The notes under the pieces were generated by a model. That model saw only the letters and a program-made list of their open reading frames with translations. It was not told the DNA's origin and ran no database searches. From NCBI GenBank assembly GCA_964498785.1, contig CAZCJL010000021.1:2818-66817 (forward strand): DNA of 64,000 bases, given 5' to 3'. Position 1 is the stretch's first letter. Each line of letters begins with the position of its first letter. The position numbers and the translations under genes were made by a program. Positions 47,854-56,721 of the stretch are shown one piece after another. The stretch is from an uncultured Cytophagia bacterium (lineage in GTDB: Bacteria > Zhuqueibacterota > Zhuqueibacteria > Thermofontimicrobiales > Thiofontviventaceae).

Positions 47854-50076
47854 TTAAACTGAGTGGTTTGATGTTTGATTAAAATGCTCAATTTGTTCTC
47901 GAAAGGTATCGATTTTATCAACAATATGCAGATAAAATGAGAAGGTGGTTCCTTCGCCAATTTGACTGTCAACTTTAATATCTCCGCCGTGACTATTAAT
48001 GATTTTCAATGAAATGGGTAACCCTAACCCGGTGCCATCTTTTTTAGTTGTGAAGAATGGTGTAAACAGTTCATCCATTTCGTATGCAGGAATACCGGTA
48101 CCAGTATCACTAATTTGTATTTCGATTTTTTTATCGTTCACATTGCGGGTTGTTATTGATAATTCTCCGCCGTCTGGCATGGAATGAATCGCGTTTTGGC
48201 AAAGATTAAGAAGTACTTGCTTAATTTGTTCCGCATCGAATAGCGTTGGTGGGATTTTATTATCGAGGATGCGTGCAATATGGATATTTTTGGCGCTGAT
48301 TTCTTCCCGCATTTCAAGAAATACGATAATTTCTTCGATTAATGTATTGATATCGCCAGTTGAAACTGCGGGTTTTGACAGTTTGGAAAAATCGAGAATA
48401 TTTGTCAATACGTTTTCCAGGCGTTTCACTTCCTCAGTAATTATTTGTGCAAAGTTAGTGAGACGACTATCCTGGTATTCTGTACGGGTTATTTTCATTA
48501 TATTTCGAGCAAAGCCGCCGATTGCCACCAACGGATTTCTGATTTCATGTGCAACATGTGCTGCCATTTTCCCGATGATTGCTAATTGTTCCGAATGTAA
48601 TAATCGTTTTTGTGTTTCTTTTAATTCCTGATATGCTTTTTCTAACTTGTTTTTTTCTTGTTCCAACTCGGAGTATGCTTCTGCGCGTTCAACTGCAATG
48701 CCTGCTTGTGAGGCAAAAATTGCCATCAAGTGTAGCATTTTATCGTCAAGAGGGCGATTGCTAAATTTATTATCAGCAATAACAACGCCGATGGTTTTGT
48801 CGCGAGCCAAAAGGGGGACAGCTAAAAATTCATCCAGGTTTAATTTCTCAAAAACAGCGTTGTGCATTTGCAAATTTATTGTAGAATGTTCGATTTTTAA
48901 TGGGATTTGTTCGGCTATTACTTTCTGGAAGATGCCATCGTTCTGATTTAGAGGAATCTTGATCTGTTGGACAAGACTCGAAAAATGGGCGTCAGTTGGC
49001 GCTTGCTTCATGCCGTATTTTTGAAGAAAATTTGGCAGGGATATTTGTTCTCTGAGCAGAGCAGACCATATCCGATTGGCTTCTTCCTGAAGGATTGGAC
49101 CAACGCCCATTTTTCCTTCCAGGGTGTTTGTTTTTTTATTGATCAGAAAAATCATTGCACGACTAAAACCAAAGGCACAACCTGCTGTAAGCGCGGTTAA
49201 AATTAAATGTAACGATTGATCCAGGTCTAATGTTCGGTTCATGAAATGGCTGATATGACCAAGCATCGACAGCTCGTGTTCTTTTTGTTCTGATTCGGTA
49301 ATATCTTGGGCAATAATGATTTCTCCGGAAATCGTATCACCTTCAAAAAGAGGGACGGTTTTAAGCTTAAGTGCAATTTGTTCGTTTCGAGCGGTTGTAT
49401 ATTTTAAGCGGTCAATTGTCGTGGACAAACCATTTCGAAGGGTTGTTTCAATATGTTTGTTGGATGTTGGTGATTGAAATAAATTTTGATCGAATAAATT
49501 TTTTCCGACAAATGCATCTGCCTTTTCCCATTTCATGATTTTAGCAAGATGGTTGTTAATTTTCATGATTTTTCCGGTATGGTCGATAGACAAAATGCCA
49601 ATGGGAATGGTATCGATCAATGATTCGAGATAATCTCGTGTCTGCTTGATTTCGTTTTGTAATTGCAGATTTTTATTATTGATATCATTGATAATGAAAA
49701 CATTTTCAATGACATTAATTAATTCCCGCATCCCAAAAGGTTTTTGTAAATAAGCACTTACGCCTACTTTTAGAAATTTCAGTCTGTCTGAAGGGGATAT
49801 TTCTTTCGCAGTGAGAAAGATAACCGGAGTATGGCTAAATTCACCATAGGAAGGATTCGTGGTTAATTCGGCATAAACCTGGCCTCCATCGAGACCGGGC
49901 ATTAAATAGTCCAGAAGGATTAAATCGGGTTTCACATCCTGAACCATATTTAATCCTTCAGCGCCATCTTTTGCACAAATGCATGTATATCCTGCTTTCT
50001 CTAAAAATGATCTTACAAGAGAATGCATTGAAATGGAATCATCAATAAATAAAATTTTTGTCTTATTATTGATCAT
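47854..50076 (-). CDS. Hybrid sensor protein: N-terminal receiver, PAS, GAF, HisKA and HATPase_c histidine kinase
   Basis: 740 aa with no TM segments, so it is cytoplasmic.
- Receiver: …ILFIDDSISM…LILLDYLMPGLDG…
- H-box: HVAHEIRNPLVAIGGFARNI.
- N, G1 and G2 boxes: …NLCQNAIHSM…DTGTGIP…GTGLGLPISLKII. Confidence 0.85.
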   Translation of the reverse strand: MINNKTKILFIDDSISMHSLVRSFLEKAGYTCICAKDGAEGLNMVQDVKPDLILLDYLMPGLDGGQVYAELTTNPSYGEFSHTPVIFLTAKEISPSDRLKFLKVGVSAYLQKPFGMRELINVIENVFIINDINNKNLQLQNEIKQTRDYLESLIDTIPIGILSIDHTGKIMKINNHLAKIMKWEKADAFVGKNLFDQNLFQSPTSNKHIETTLRNGLSTTIDRLKYTTARNEQIALKLKTVPLFEGDTISGEIIIAQDITESEQKEHELSMLGHISHFMNRTLDLDQSLHLILTALTAGCAFGFSRAMIFLINKKTNTLEGKMGVGPILQEEANRIWSALLREQISLPNFLQKYGMKQAPTDAHFSSLVQQIKIPLNQNDGIFQKVIAEQIPLKIEHSTINLQMHNAVFEKLNLDEFLAVPLLARDKTIGVVIADNKFSNRPLDDKMLHLMAIFASQAGIAVERAEAYSELEQEKNKLEKAYQELKETQKRLLHSEQLAIIGKMAAHVAHEIRNPLVAIGGFARNIMKITRTEYQDSRLTNFAQIITEEVKRLENVLTNILDFSKLSKPAVSTGDINTLIEEIIVFLEMREEISAKNIHIARILDNKIPPTLFDAEQIKQVLLNLCQNAIHSMPDGGELSITTRNVNDKKIEIQISDTGTGIPAYEMDELFTPFFTTKKDGTGLGLPISLKIINSHGGDIKVDSQIGEGTTFSFYLHIVDKIDTFREQIEHFNQTSNHSV

Positions 50077-50079
50077 ATA

Positions 50080-50172
50080 TTATTTCTTTTTCTTATGCCG
50101 ATCCTTACGAAGTCGTTTCTTTCGTTTATGAGTTGCTATTTTATGTCGTTTCCGTTTTTTTCCGCTTGGCAT
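50080..50172 (-). CDS. Unannotated 30-aa Lys/Arg-rich small protein (bS22-type small ribosomal-protein-like)
   Basis: Translated by hand: MPSGKKRKRHKIATHKRKKRLRKDRHKKKK*. A perfect SD, GGAGGTGA, lies 6 nt upstream of the ATG. It is absent from the ORF track because it is under 60 aa. Its composition and the KRKRH…KRKKRLRK pattern resemble bS22-type small basic ribosomal proteins. Confidence 0.45.
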   Translation of the reverse strand: MPSGKKRKRHKIATHKRKKRLRKDRHKKKK

Positions 50173-50208
50173 ATTAGTCACCTCCTTCCAAAGCATGCGT
50201 AAAATTAT

Positions 50209-50559
50209 TTATTCTTCTGTGTTGTTTTCATCTGATTCATTAACATAATTTCTAAAATCTTTTGAACATCGAAAAACAGGTGATTTTCGTTTGGGAATAT
50301 GGATTTCTTCCCCGGTTTTCGGATTCCTTCCAACCCGGGCTTTTCGTTCCACAACTTTGAATGTCCCGAATCCCCGGAATTCAACTGATTCTCCCTTTTT
50401 CAAAGCATAACTTAGCGTTGCAATAAATCCATCGACGACTGCTGATGTCTCAACTTTTGTAAGGCCGGTTCCCTCGGCGATGATGTTAATGATATCTGCT
50501 TTTGTCAAGGCGTTGAATCTCCTCTTTTTTCGATTTATTTTTAATAAAAAATTCGACAA
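50209..50559 (-). CDS. HU-family DNA-binding protein (second copy)
   Basis: …LTKADIINIIAEGTGLTKVETSAVVDGF…FRGFGTFKVVERKARVGRNPKTGEEIHIPKRKSPVFRCSKDF is the HU fold. The annotated N-extension of 17 aa may be spurious; an in-frame TTG at L18 is possible. Confidence 0.75.
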   Translation of the reverse strand: MSNFLLKINRKKRRFNALTKADIINIIAEGTGLTKVETSAVVDGFIATLSYALKKGESVEFRGFGTFKVVERKARVGRNPKTGEEIHIPKRKSPVFRCSKDFRNYVNESDENNTEE

Positions 50560-50575
50560 TTCAATTTATTATTTG

Positions 50576-50800
50576 TCAATGACAGGTCGAACAATTATGG
50601 CTACTGCAGGAACTACATGAACTTGATGCGTTTGAATATGCTGAACTCGTTCCTGTTGAAAAACCGAATGCGGACATCTTGCGATTTACATCAGAACCAT
50701 TGCAGTGTGGACAGCGAATGTCTGTTAACCGGGAGTCACCACGAACGAGTTCGTCAAAGATTTTATTGCATTGTTCACATTTAAATTCGTAAATTGGCAT
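50576..50800 (-). CDS. FmdB-family zinc-ribbon regulatory protein
   Basis: MPIYEFKCEQCNKIFDEL…IRCPHCNGSDVNRKMS is the FmdB CxxC…CxxC signature, followed by a Ser/Cys-rich tail. Confidence 0.75.
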   Translation of the reverse strand: MPIYEFKCEQCNKIFDELVRGDSRLTDIRCPHCNGSDVNRKMSAFGFSTGTSSAYSNASSSCSSCSSHNCSTCH

Positions 50801-51687
50801 TACAAAACCACCTGATATTTAATTCTTGGAAATCGTTGTAACAATTCGAAAGCAGACCTGACATCCTGGAATAGCAAATCAAAAAGAGTGATCTTTTGTT
50901 TTCGCTTTTTTATTGTTTTGGGTTTACCGGTTATGCCTGCTGCATCAGCCGCTAAATTGATGGCATCTTCATAAGTTCCCAGCGTATCTATAAAACCGTA
51001 TTCAAAGCCTTGTTGTCCGGTAAATACCCGCCCATCTGCGTATTTTAGCACCTGGCGACGGGAAAGGCCAGTTTCTTTAACAACAACAGTAACAAACTGT
51101 TGATATGCATTATCAATAAGATCTTGCATCAGTTTTCGCTCAGCCGGAGTAATATCTCTGTGCGGAGACCCGGTATCTTTATACTGACCGCTTTTTATTA
51201 CTTCAAATTTGATACCCAGTTTGTTCATCAATTCCCGTGTATTTGGTAATTCCGCAATTACACCAATACTTCCGGTTGTAGTACCCGGATTGGCCATAAT
51301 CGAATCTGTTCCGCATGCAATATAATAACCACCTGATGCAGCAACGCCACCCATGGAAGCAATCACGACTTTTCCTGAATCACGTACTTTCTTCACCTTT
51401 TCGTAAATCTCCTGTGAAGCAGCAATGCCGCCTCCCGGGCTATCAATTCTGAGTACAATCCCTTTTACTGAACTGTCTCTGCTGTATTTATCAAGTTGAC
51501 TGACAATATTTTCCGCGCTATAGATCACACCGGTTACTTCGACCAACGCAATTTTTTCGCCGCCTGCGGATAGATCATAATTACTTCGTGATCCGAGACT
51601 GGAGAGAAACATTGATACGGCAAAAATGAAGAAAAGAATACTGGCCAGAATAATGATTCCAATGAATAGATTTTGTCGTCTACCCAT
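50800..51687 (-). CDS. sppA: Signal peptide peptidase SppA (36K type)
   Basis: It has an N-terminal TM segment and a ClpP/crotonase fold with SppA motifs (…GIVLRIDSPGGGIAAS…ASMGGVAASGGYYIA…GSIGV…). Confidence 0.85.
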   Translation of the reverse strand: MGRRQNLFIGIIILASILFFIFAVSMFLSSLGSRSNYDLSAGGEKIALVEVTGVIYSAENIVSQLDKYSRDSSVKGIVLRIDSPGGGIAASQEIYEKVKKVRDSGKVVIASMGGVAASGGYYIACGTDSIMANPGTTTGSIGVIAELPNTRELMNKLGIKFEVIKSGQYKDTGSPHRDITPAERKLMQDLIDNAYQQFVTVVVKETGLSRRQVLKYADGRVFTGQQGFEYGFIDTLGTYEDAINLAADAAGITGKPKTIKKRKQKITLFDLLFQDVRSAFELLQRFPRIKYQVVL

Positions 51688-52169
51688 ATTTTACCTCGAA
51701 TTGATGATTAATAAATCATTACATAATTACAAATATAAATAGAGAATTATGTATTCTTTTATCTGATATTTTTCAAAAATATTTACCAATTGAACATATT
51801 ATTAAAAAATGTAAGATAATAAAATTAAATTTAAAAGTCAACACCAAAATCGATTTGATTTTTTAGATGTTATATCTCTTTAGAATGTGTTCATTCTTTC
51901 TGTCGCTTTTCATTTGAATGCATAGGTATTTAAAACGCAAATTCTCAAAGCCCGCAGAGTTTCGCAAAGATATCTTTTTAAAAGATTGATTTTTACCTCC
52001 GCGTTACATTGTGCCTTCTGCGGTTTTGTGTTGAATTAGTATCAAAAATCATATTAATTTTTTGATTTCAGAATGTGGCTTAATGATATTAGATTAATGC
52101 GGGTTTTTTAATAGGGCCAATAATCCGTGTAAATATGTGTTCCACATCATTCGGTGAACCAAGAAAGAA

Positions 52170-52197
52170 AGCACGACAATTCAAGAATCATCGTGCT
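52170..52197 (-). terminator. Terminator candidate downstream of ybjQ-like gene
   Basis: A 7-bp stem AGCACGA/TCGTGCT with a 14-nt loop. On the minus strand it is followed by TTCTTTCTT. Confidence 0.3.
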
Positions 52198-52221
52198 CAA
52201 CAAATTTGAGATAAAATCGAA

Positions 52222-52536
52222 TTATTCAACAATGACTGCTGTGCCGTAGGCAAGAATTTCAGATGCAGCGCCCATAATAAAGCTTGTGGTAAATCGAACG
52301 TTGATGATTGCATTTGCACCCATTTCCTCGGCCGAGTTCATCATGCGGTCGAGGGCTTGTTCTCTGGCTTCTGCCATTAATTTTGTATATTCTTCGATTT
52401 CGCCGCCAAATACATTTTTTAAACCAGCCAGAATATCTTTCCCGACATGGCGGGCACGGATGGTATTTCCGCGAACCACCCCCAGCGTTTTAGTAATTTT
52501 TTTGCCGGCTATTGAATCTGTTGTTACGATGATCAT
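52222..52536 (-). CDS. YbjQ/UPF0145 (DUF74) family protein
   Basis: 104 aa. MIIVTTDSIAGKKI…LGVVRGN…LMAEAREQALDRM…EMGANAIINVRF matches the YbjQ family. Confidence 0.75.
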   Translation of the reverse strand: MIIVTTDSIAGKKITKTLGVVRGNTIRARHVGKDILAGLKNVFGGEIEEYTKLMAEAREQALDRMMNSAEEMGANAIINVRFTTSFIMGAASEILAYGTAVIVE

Positions 52537-53000
52537 CTTTGAATCTCCTTATATGGGTCCGTTTTCTTTATGATTAGTTTTTCCCGCAACACGGATACGA
52601 TCAGGATAACAAATCCCGCAAGTGCTAAAACGATTCCTGTTTTTACAACGCCGACGAGCTGCGTATCTGCAAGTATATTTTCCACAGCCTGAAACAGTGC
52701 CCAGGTTATCAAAATAACTGTGCCGATGGATACGAGTACCCAGGCAATGCGACGTTCGATTCGGTTGTAAATATTTACCCAGTATTTATCCCAAATCTCT
52801 TTCGGAGGAGATTTAAAAGCCATTTGTTTTGTCACCTCCTTTAGCTTATGATATTCGTTCCATTCCTTTTTTAACGGAGGATATGTCTGTATCAATTGAT
52901 GTAATTCTTTTGATTCCTGTTGTGTCAGTTCGCCATCAATTTCGCCCATTAATAGAACCTGGAAGCGTTCCTTTTCCAGCGTTGTTATCTGTTTATTCAT
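52533..53000 (-). CDS. Membrane-anchored anti-sigma factor (putative) cognate to the upstream ECF sigma
   Basis: 155 aa with two C-terminal TM helices. It is translationally coupled (8-nt overlap) to the ECF sigma gene. I recognised no family motif. Confidence 0.5.
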   Translation of the reverse strand: MNKQITTLEKERFQVLLMGEIDGELTQQESKELHQLIQTYPPLKKEWNEYHKLKEVTKQMAFKSPPKEIWDKYWVNIYNRIERRIAWVLVSIGTVILITWALFQAVENILADTQLVGVVKTGIVLALAGFVILIVSVLREKLIIKKTDPYKEIQR

Positions 53001-53589
53001 TGAAGCAGCCCTCCAGTTTGCCTTTTAGTGCTTTCCGTGCTGAATACAATCGTGACATTACAGTGCCAATGGGACATTCCAATATGTCGGCGATTTCGTT
53101 GTAAGACATATCCTGAAAATCTTTTAAAATGATAATTTCTTTATAGCTTTCTTTGAGAGAATTAATTGCCCGCCACACGGCTGCTTTCAATTCATCATGC
53201 TCAAGACGATCCGATGCATCTTGTGAGGCGTCAACAATACTCTGGATTTCCTGATAACTGATTTCCGAGAACGGACGCGCGTGACGGGAACGGTCACGAA
53301 GATGATTAAAACAAAGGTTCCGCAATATTTGATAAAACCAGGTGAAAAACTTCCTGCCCGGCTCCAGCTTTTTAATGGAACGGTAGGCGCGAACAAATGC
53401 TTCCTGCGATAAATCCAGTGCTGCATTGTGCGAGCTAACCAAACCAAGCGCAGAATAGTAAGCTCGTTCTTTATAATGCCCAACCAGCAAACCATAAGCA
53501 TGTTTATCGCCCCGCTGGCACAACCGTATGAGCCGTTGTTCTTGAAATTCTTTATCTTCGTCCATTGACCATTCTCTCTTTTCTAACAT
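52993..53589 (-). CDS. ECF-subfamily RNA polymerase sigma-70 factor
   Basis: The sigma-2 region is …AYRSIKKLEPGRKFFTWFYQILRNLCFNHLR… and the sigma-4 HTH is …MSYNEIADILECPIGTVMSRLYSARKAL…. Confidence 0.85.
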   Translation of the reverse strand: MLEKREWSMDEDKEFQEQRLIRLCQRGDKHAYGLLVGHYKERAYYSALGLVSSHNAALDLSQEAFVRAYRSIKKLEPGRKFFTWFYQILRNLCFNHLRDRSRHARPFSEISYQEIQSIVDASQDASDRLEHDELKAAVWRAINSLKESYKEIIILKDFQDMSYNEIADILECPIGTVMSRLYSARKALKGKLEGCFNE

Positions 53590-53773
53590 TAATACACCAA
53601 TGATTCAAAATTATTCGATAAAAATAAAAAAAAATTTTACTACATCCAATAGTTTTTTGATTTTTCTAAGCAAGTTCAATATTGCTCTTGATTCTCTCGA
53701 AAATTCTGATTATATTTAATCTTTAAACGAAAACGTCTCTTTTTATCATCATTTATCGAGAGGAGGATATTTC

Positions 53774-55450
53774 ATGTATCGAATGACTTTCTTTATAACG
53801 TTGATGTTGTTTTCCGTTGTATTATTAACCATGTGCAGCAAAAAGGCGATAAAATCAAAGGCCGAAATTGATTATGTAAAAGGCCAGGTTGAAAAATTCG
53901 CACCTGTACTAATCAAATACGATGCAACTATTCTTGATTCGGGCGAAACAGCCGCTCTGGAAAAAATCGTTGAAGCAGCGAAATACATGGATGAAATATT
54001 TTTGCGCCAGGTATATCATAAAAATATGGCCATTCATGAGGCATTGTTTGCCAGCGCCGATTCTTCTGATATTCCTTATCAGCAGTTATTCACCATTATG
54101 GTCGGTCCGTTTGATCGTCTTGAAGAAGATGACCCGTTTATTAATAATGAAGAAAAACCGGATGGCGCGAATTTCTATCCCGCGGATATGTCAAAAGATG
54201 AATATATTGAATGGATCGAAAAGCATCCCGCGGATAAAGAGAAGTTTGAACACACATTTACGCTGATTCGTCGGGAAAATGGCAAACTCATTGCGGTTCC
54301 TTATTCAGAGGCTTATGCAGAATTGCTGAAGCCAGCCGCGAAGCTCCTGAAACAAGCTGCAGAATTAACAAACAATGAATCGCTGAAAACATACCTGAAT
54401 TCGCGGGCAGACGCCTTTTTAAGTAATGATTATTATCAAAGCGATATGGATTGGATGGATTTGGACAGCCAGATCGAAGTTGTGATCGGTCCGTATGAAG
54501 TGTACGAAGACAAGTTATTCAACTATAAAGCGGCTTTTGAATCGTTTGTTACCATTGTCGACCCTAGAGAGAGCAAGAAGCTGGCAACAGTGGCACAGTA
54601 TTTAACCGAGTTGGAAAACTCCCTGCCCATACCGGATACATATAAAAATTTCGATCGTGGATCAGAATCCCCGGTAAAAGTAGTGCAGGAAGTCTTCAGT
54701 GCGGGTGATACAAAAGCCGGAGTTCAGACACTGGCATTTAACTTACCAAATGATGAACGGGTTCGGGAGGCAAAGGGCAGCAAAAAAGTTATGTTGAAAA
54801 ATATCGCGGAAGCCAAATTCACTAAAATTTACCTGCCCATTTCACAGGTTGTTCTGGATGAATCGATATTGCCTCTTATTTCCTTTGATCGCTGGTTTAC
54901 TCATATTCTTATGCATGAAGTCACCCATGGTCTGGGTCCGGGACAGATTACCCTGGAAGATGGCACAGAAACGACGGTTGCCAGATTATTGAAAGAAACT
55001 TATTCTGCTATCGAGGAATGTAAAGCAGATATCGGTGGATTATACACGTTTTCCTATCTCTGTAAAAAAGGAGTGTTCCCGTTTGAATTGGAAAAAGGAA
55101 TTTACCCCACATTCCTTGCCGGGATTTTTCGCTCTGTGAGATTCGGCGCCGAAGAAGCTCATGGCAAAGCCAATATGATCAGCTTTAATTATATTATCGA
55201 AAAAGGCGGCTTTGAATATGATCCTGAAACAGAAAAGTTTCGCGTAAATAATGATAAAATCAGAACCGCAGTGAGCGACCTGTTGCATGAGTTGTTAACA
55301 CTGCAGGCAGAGGGCGATTATCAGAGGGCTGTGAACATGATTAAACAGTACGGTGAAATGCCGGAAAATATGAAAAACCTGATTGCCAAACTTACAAATG
55401 TTCCAGTGGATATTCGGCCGGAATTTGAAATTTTATCAAAAGTCAAATAA
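53774..55450 (+). CDS. Lipoprotein zinc hydrolase of the dipeptidyl-peptidase III (M49)-like family
   Basis: A lipobox (LLTMCSK) is present. The zinc motifs are HEVTHGLGPG and downstream EECKADIGG, resembling M49 HExxGH / EECRAE but with classical HExxH spacing. Confidence 0.5.
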   Translation: MYRMTFFITLMLFSVVLLTMCSKKAIKSKAEIDYVKGQVEKFAPVLIKYDATILDSGETAALEKIVEAAKYMDEIFLRQVYHKNMAIHEALFASADSSDIPYQQLFTIMVGPFDRLEEDDPFINNEEKPDGANFYPADMSKDEYIEWIEKHPADKEKFEHTFTLIRRENGKLIAVPYSEAYAELLKPAAKLLKQAAELTNNESLKTYLNSRADAFLSNDYYQSDMDWMDLDSQIEVVIGPYEVYEDKLFNYKAAFESFVTIVDPRESKKLATVAQYLTELENSLPIPDTYKNFDRGSESPVKVVQEVFSAGDTKAGVQTLAFNLPNDERVREAKGSKKVMLKNIAEAKFTKIYLPISQVVLDESILPLISFDRWFTHILMHEVTHGLGPGQITLEDGTETTVARLLKETYSAIEECKADIGGLYTFSYLCKKGVFPFELEKGIYPTFLAGIFRSVRFGAEEAHGKANMISFNYIIEKGGFEYDPETEKFRVNNDKIRTAVSDLLHELLTLQAEGDYQRAVNMIKQYGEMPENMKNLIAKLTNVPVDIRPEFEILSKVK

Positions 55451-55467
55451 GAAAAATATTAGGTGCG

Positions 55468-55494
55468 GGCGTGTATAGAGCAAGATTACACGCC
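55468..55494. terminator. Bidirectional terminator candidate between convergent peptidase and CDF genes
   Basis: A perfect 8-bp stem GGCGTGTA/TACACGCC with an 11-nt loop sits in the 60-bp convergent gap. The T-tracts are not immediately adjacent. Confidence 0.35.
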
Positions 55495-55510
55495 TGCTTG
55501 CATTTATCTT

Positions 55511-56395
55511 TTAGCCCCGCATGTAAGGCTCCACATGGATTAATGTGTGAACCGGGTGTGTAATTTTTTCTTCAATGAGCTGTTCAATTTCACGTGTTAA
55601 ATTGTGACTCTCCAAAACCGATAAATTCGGATCAACATGAATGTGAACATCAACGGATATTTCTGCGCCGATTTTTCGGGAACGCAATTTGTGCCAGTCT
55701 TTTATAGATTCATGATTTTTTAGAACTTCTTTAACTACATCGACTAATTTTTCATCAATCGCATGTTCTGTTAATTCTGCCAGTCCTTTTAAAATAATTT
55801 TAACTGCCACAAAAATAATCATCATACCCACAACTAAACCGGCGATTTGATCGCCATGACCGAAACCGAATAAACTCAGGATTCCTCCGATTAAAACCGC
55901 CACTGAGGACAGAGCGTCACTCCGATGATGCCAGGCATTTGCATACAGAGAAGGGCTATTGCGTTTTACGGCAATGTGCTTTGTCAGTTGAAAAAGTATT
56001 TCTTTAGAAATAACAGAAATCAAAGCTACGATAACGACCAACGGACCTGGAAAACTTTCAACGTGTCGATAAAGATTCGTTAGCGCTTGCCACGCAATTC
56101 CTGCCCCGACAATGATCAGAATCAGTCCGATTAATTGCGTTCCGATCGTTTCAAATTTTCCATGGCCATACGGATGCTGAGGATCCGGTGGTTTGCGGGC
56201 GACTCCCGTACTAATGATGACTGTGATATCGGTAATTAAGTCAGTAAAGGAATGGATACCATCTGCTATCAATGCAGTGGAACGGATGAATGCTCCGACA
56301 ATTATTTTTAATATCGAAAGCAATATATTGACGAACATCCCCCAATACGTGATGGAATGGATATTTCTCGTATCTTCGCTTTGATTTTTAATCAT
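55511..56395 (-). CDS. Cation diffusion facilitator (CDF) family metal efflux transporter
   Basis: 6 TM segments with motifs …LIADGIHSFTDL… and …HPYGHGKFE…, plus a C-terminal cytoplasmic domain. Confidence 0.85.
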   Translation of the reverse strand: MIKNQSEDTRNIHSITYWGMFVNILLSILKIIVGAFIRSTALIADGIHSFTDLITDITVIISTGVARKPPDPQHPYGHGKFETIGTQLIGLILIIVGAGIAWQALTNLYRHVESFPGPLVVIVALISVISKEILFQLTKHIAVKRNSPSLYANAWHHRSDALSSVAVLIGGILSLFGFGHGDQIAGLVVGMMIIFVAVKIILKGLAELTEHAIDEKLVDVVKEVLKNHESIKDWHKLRSRKIGAEISVDVHIHVDPNLSVLESHNLTREIEQLIEEKITHPVHTLIHVEPYMRG

Positions 56396-56430
56396 GGCGC
56401 CTGTACTGAATTTTTTATAAAAAGCCGAGT

Positions 56431-56721
56431 TTAAGCTTGTTGTTCAAAAAATTGTTTGATTTTTGTTTCGATAATGTTCCAGGGCAAAAACGCTGGTTTT
56501 TTGATGATGTTCAATGTTATTTCCTGGTTTTGAATGTGATATTCACCTTTAAGACCAAATCCGGAATAACTACCGGATTCATGGTCTCCGTCGAATATGA
56601 TTCCGTTCTGGCTGGCAGCTTCTTTTGCCTGCAATACCAATTTCCTCGGATCATCGTCGAGCGTCGCTGTTATCGTTCGTGCCATTGTTTTCTCCTTCCT
56701 CCGGGATGTACGGTAATTCAA
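56431..56721 (-). CDS. Small hypothetical protein downstream of (and overlapping) the HAMP histidine kinase
   Basis: 96 aa, or 84 aa from MARTITATL. It overlaps the kinase 3' end by 35-70 nt. No family was recognised. Confidence 0.35.
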   Translation of the reverse strand: MNYRTSRRKEKTMARTITATLDDDPRKLVLQAKEAASQNGIIFDGDHESGSYSGFGLKGEYHIQNQEITLNIIKKPAFLPWNIIETKIKQFFEQQA

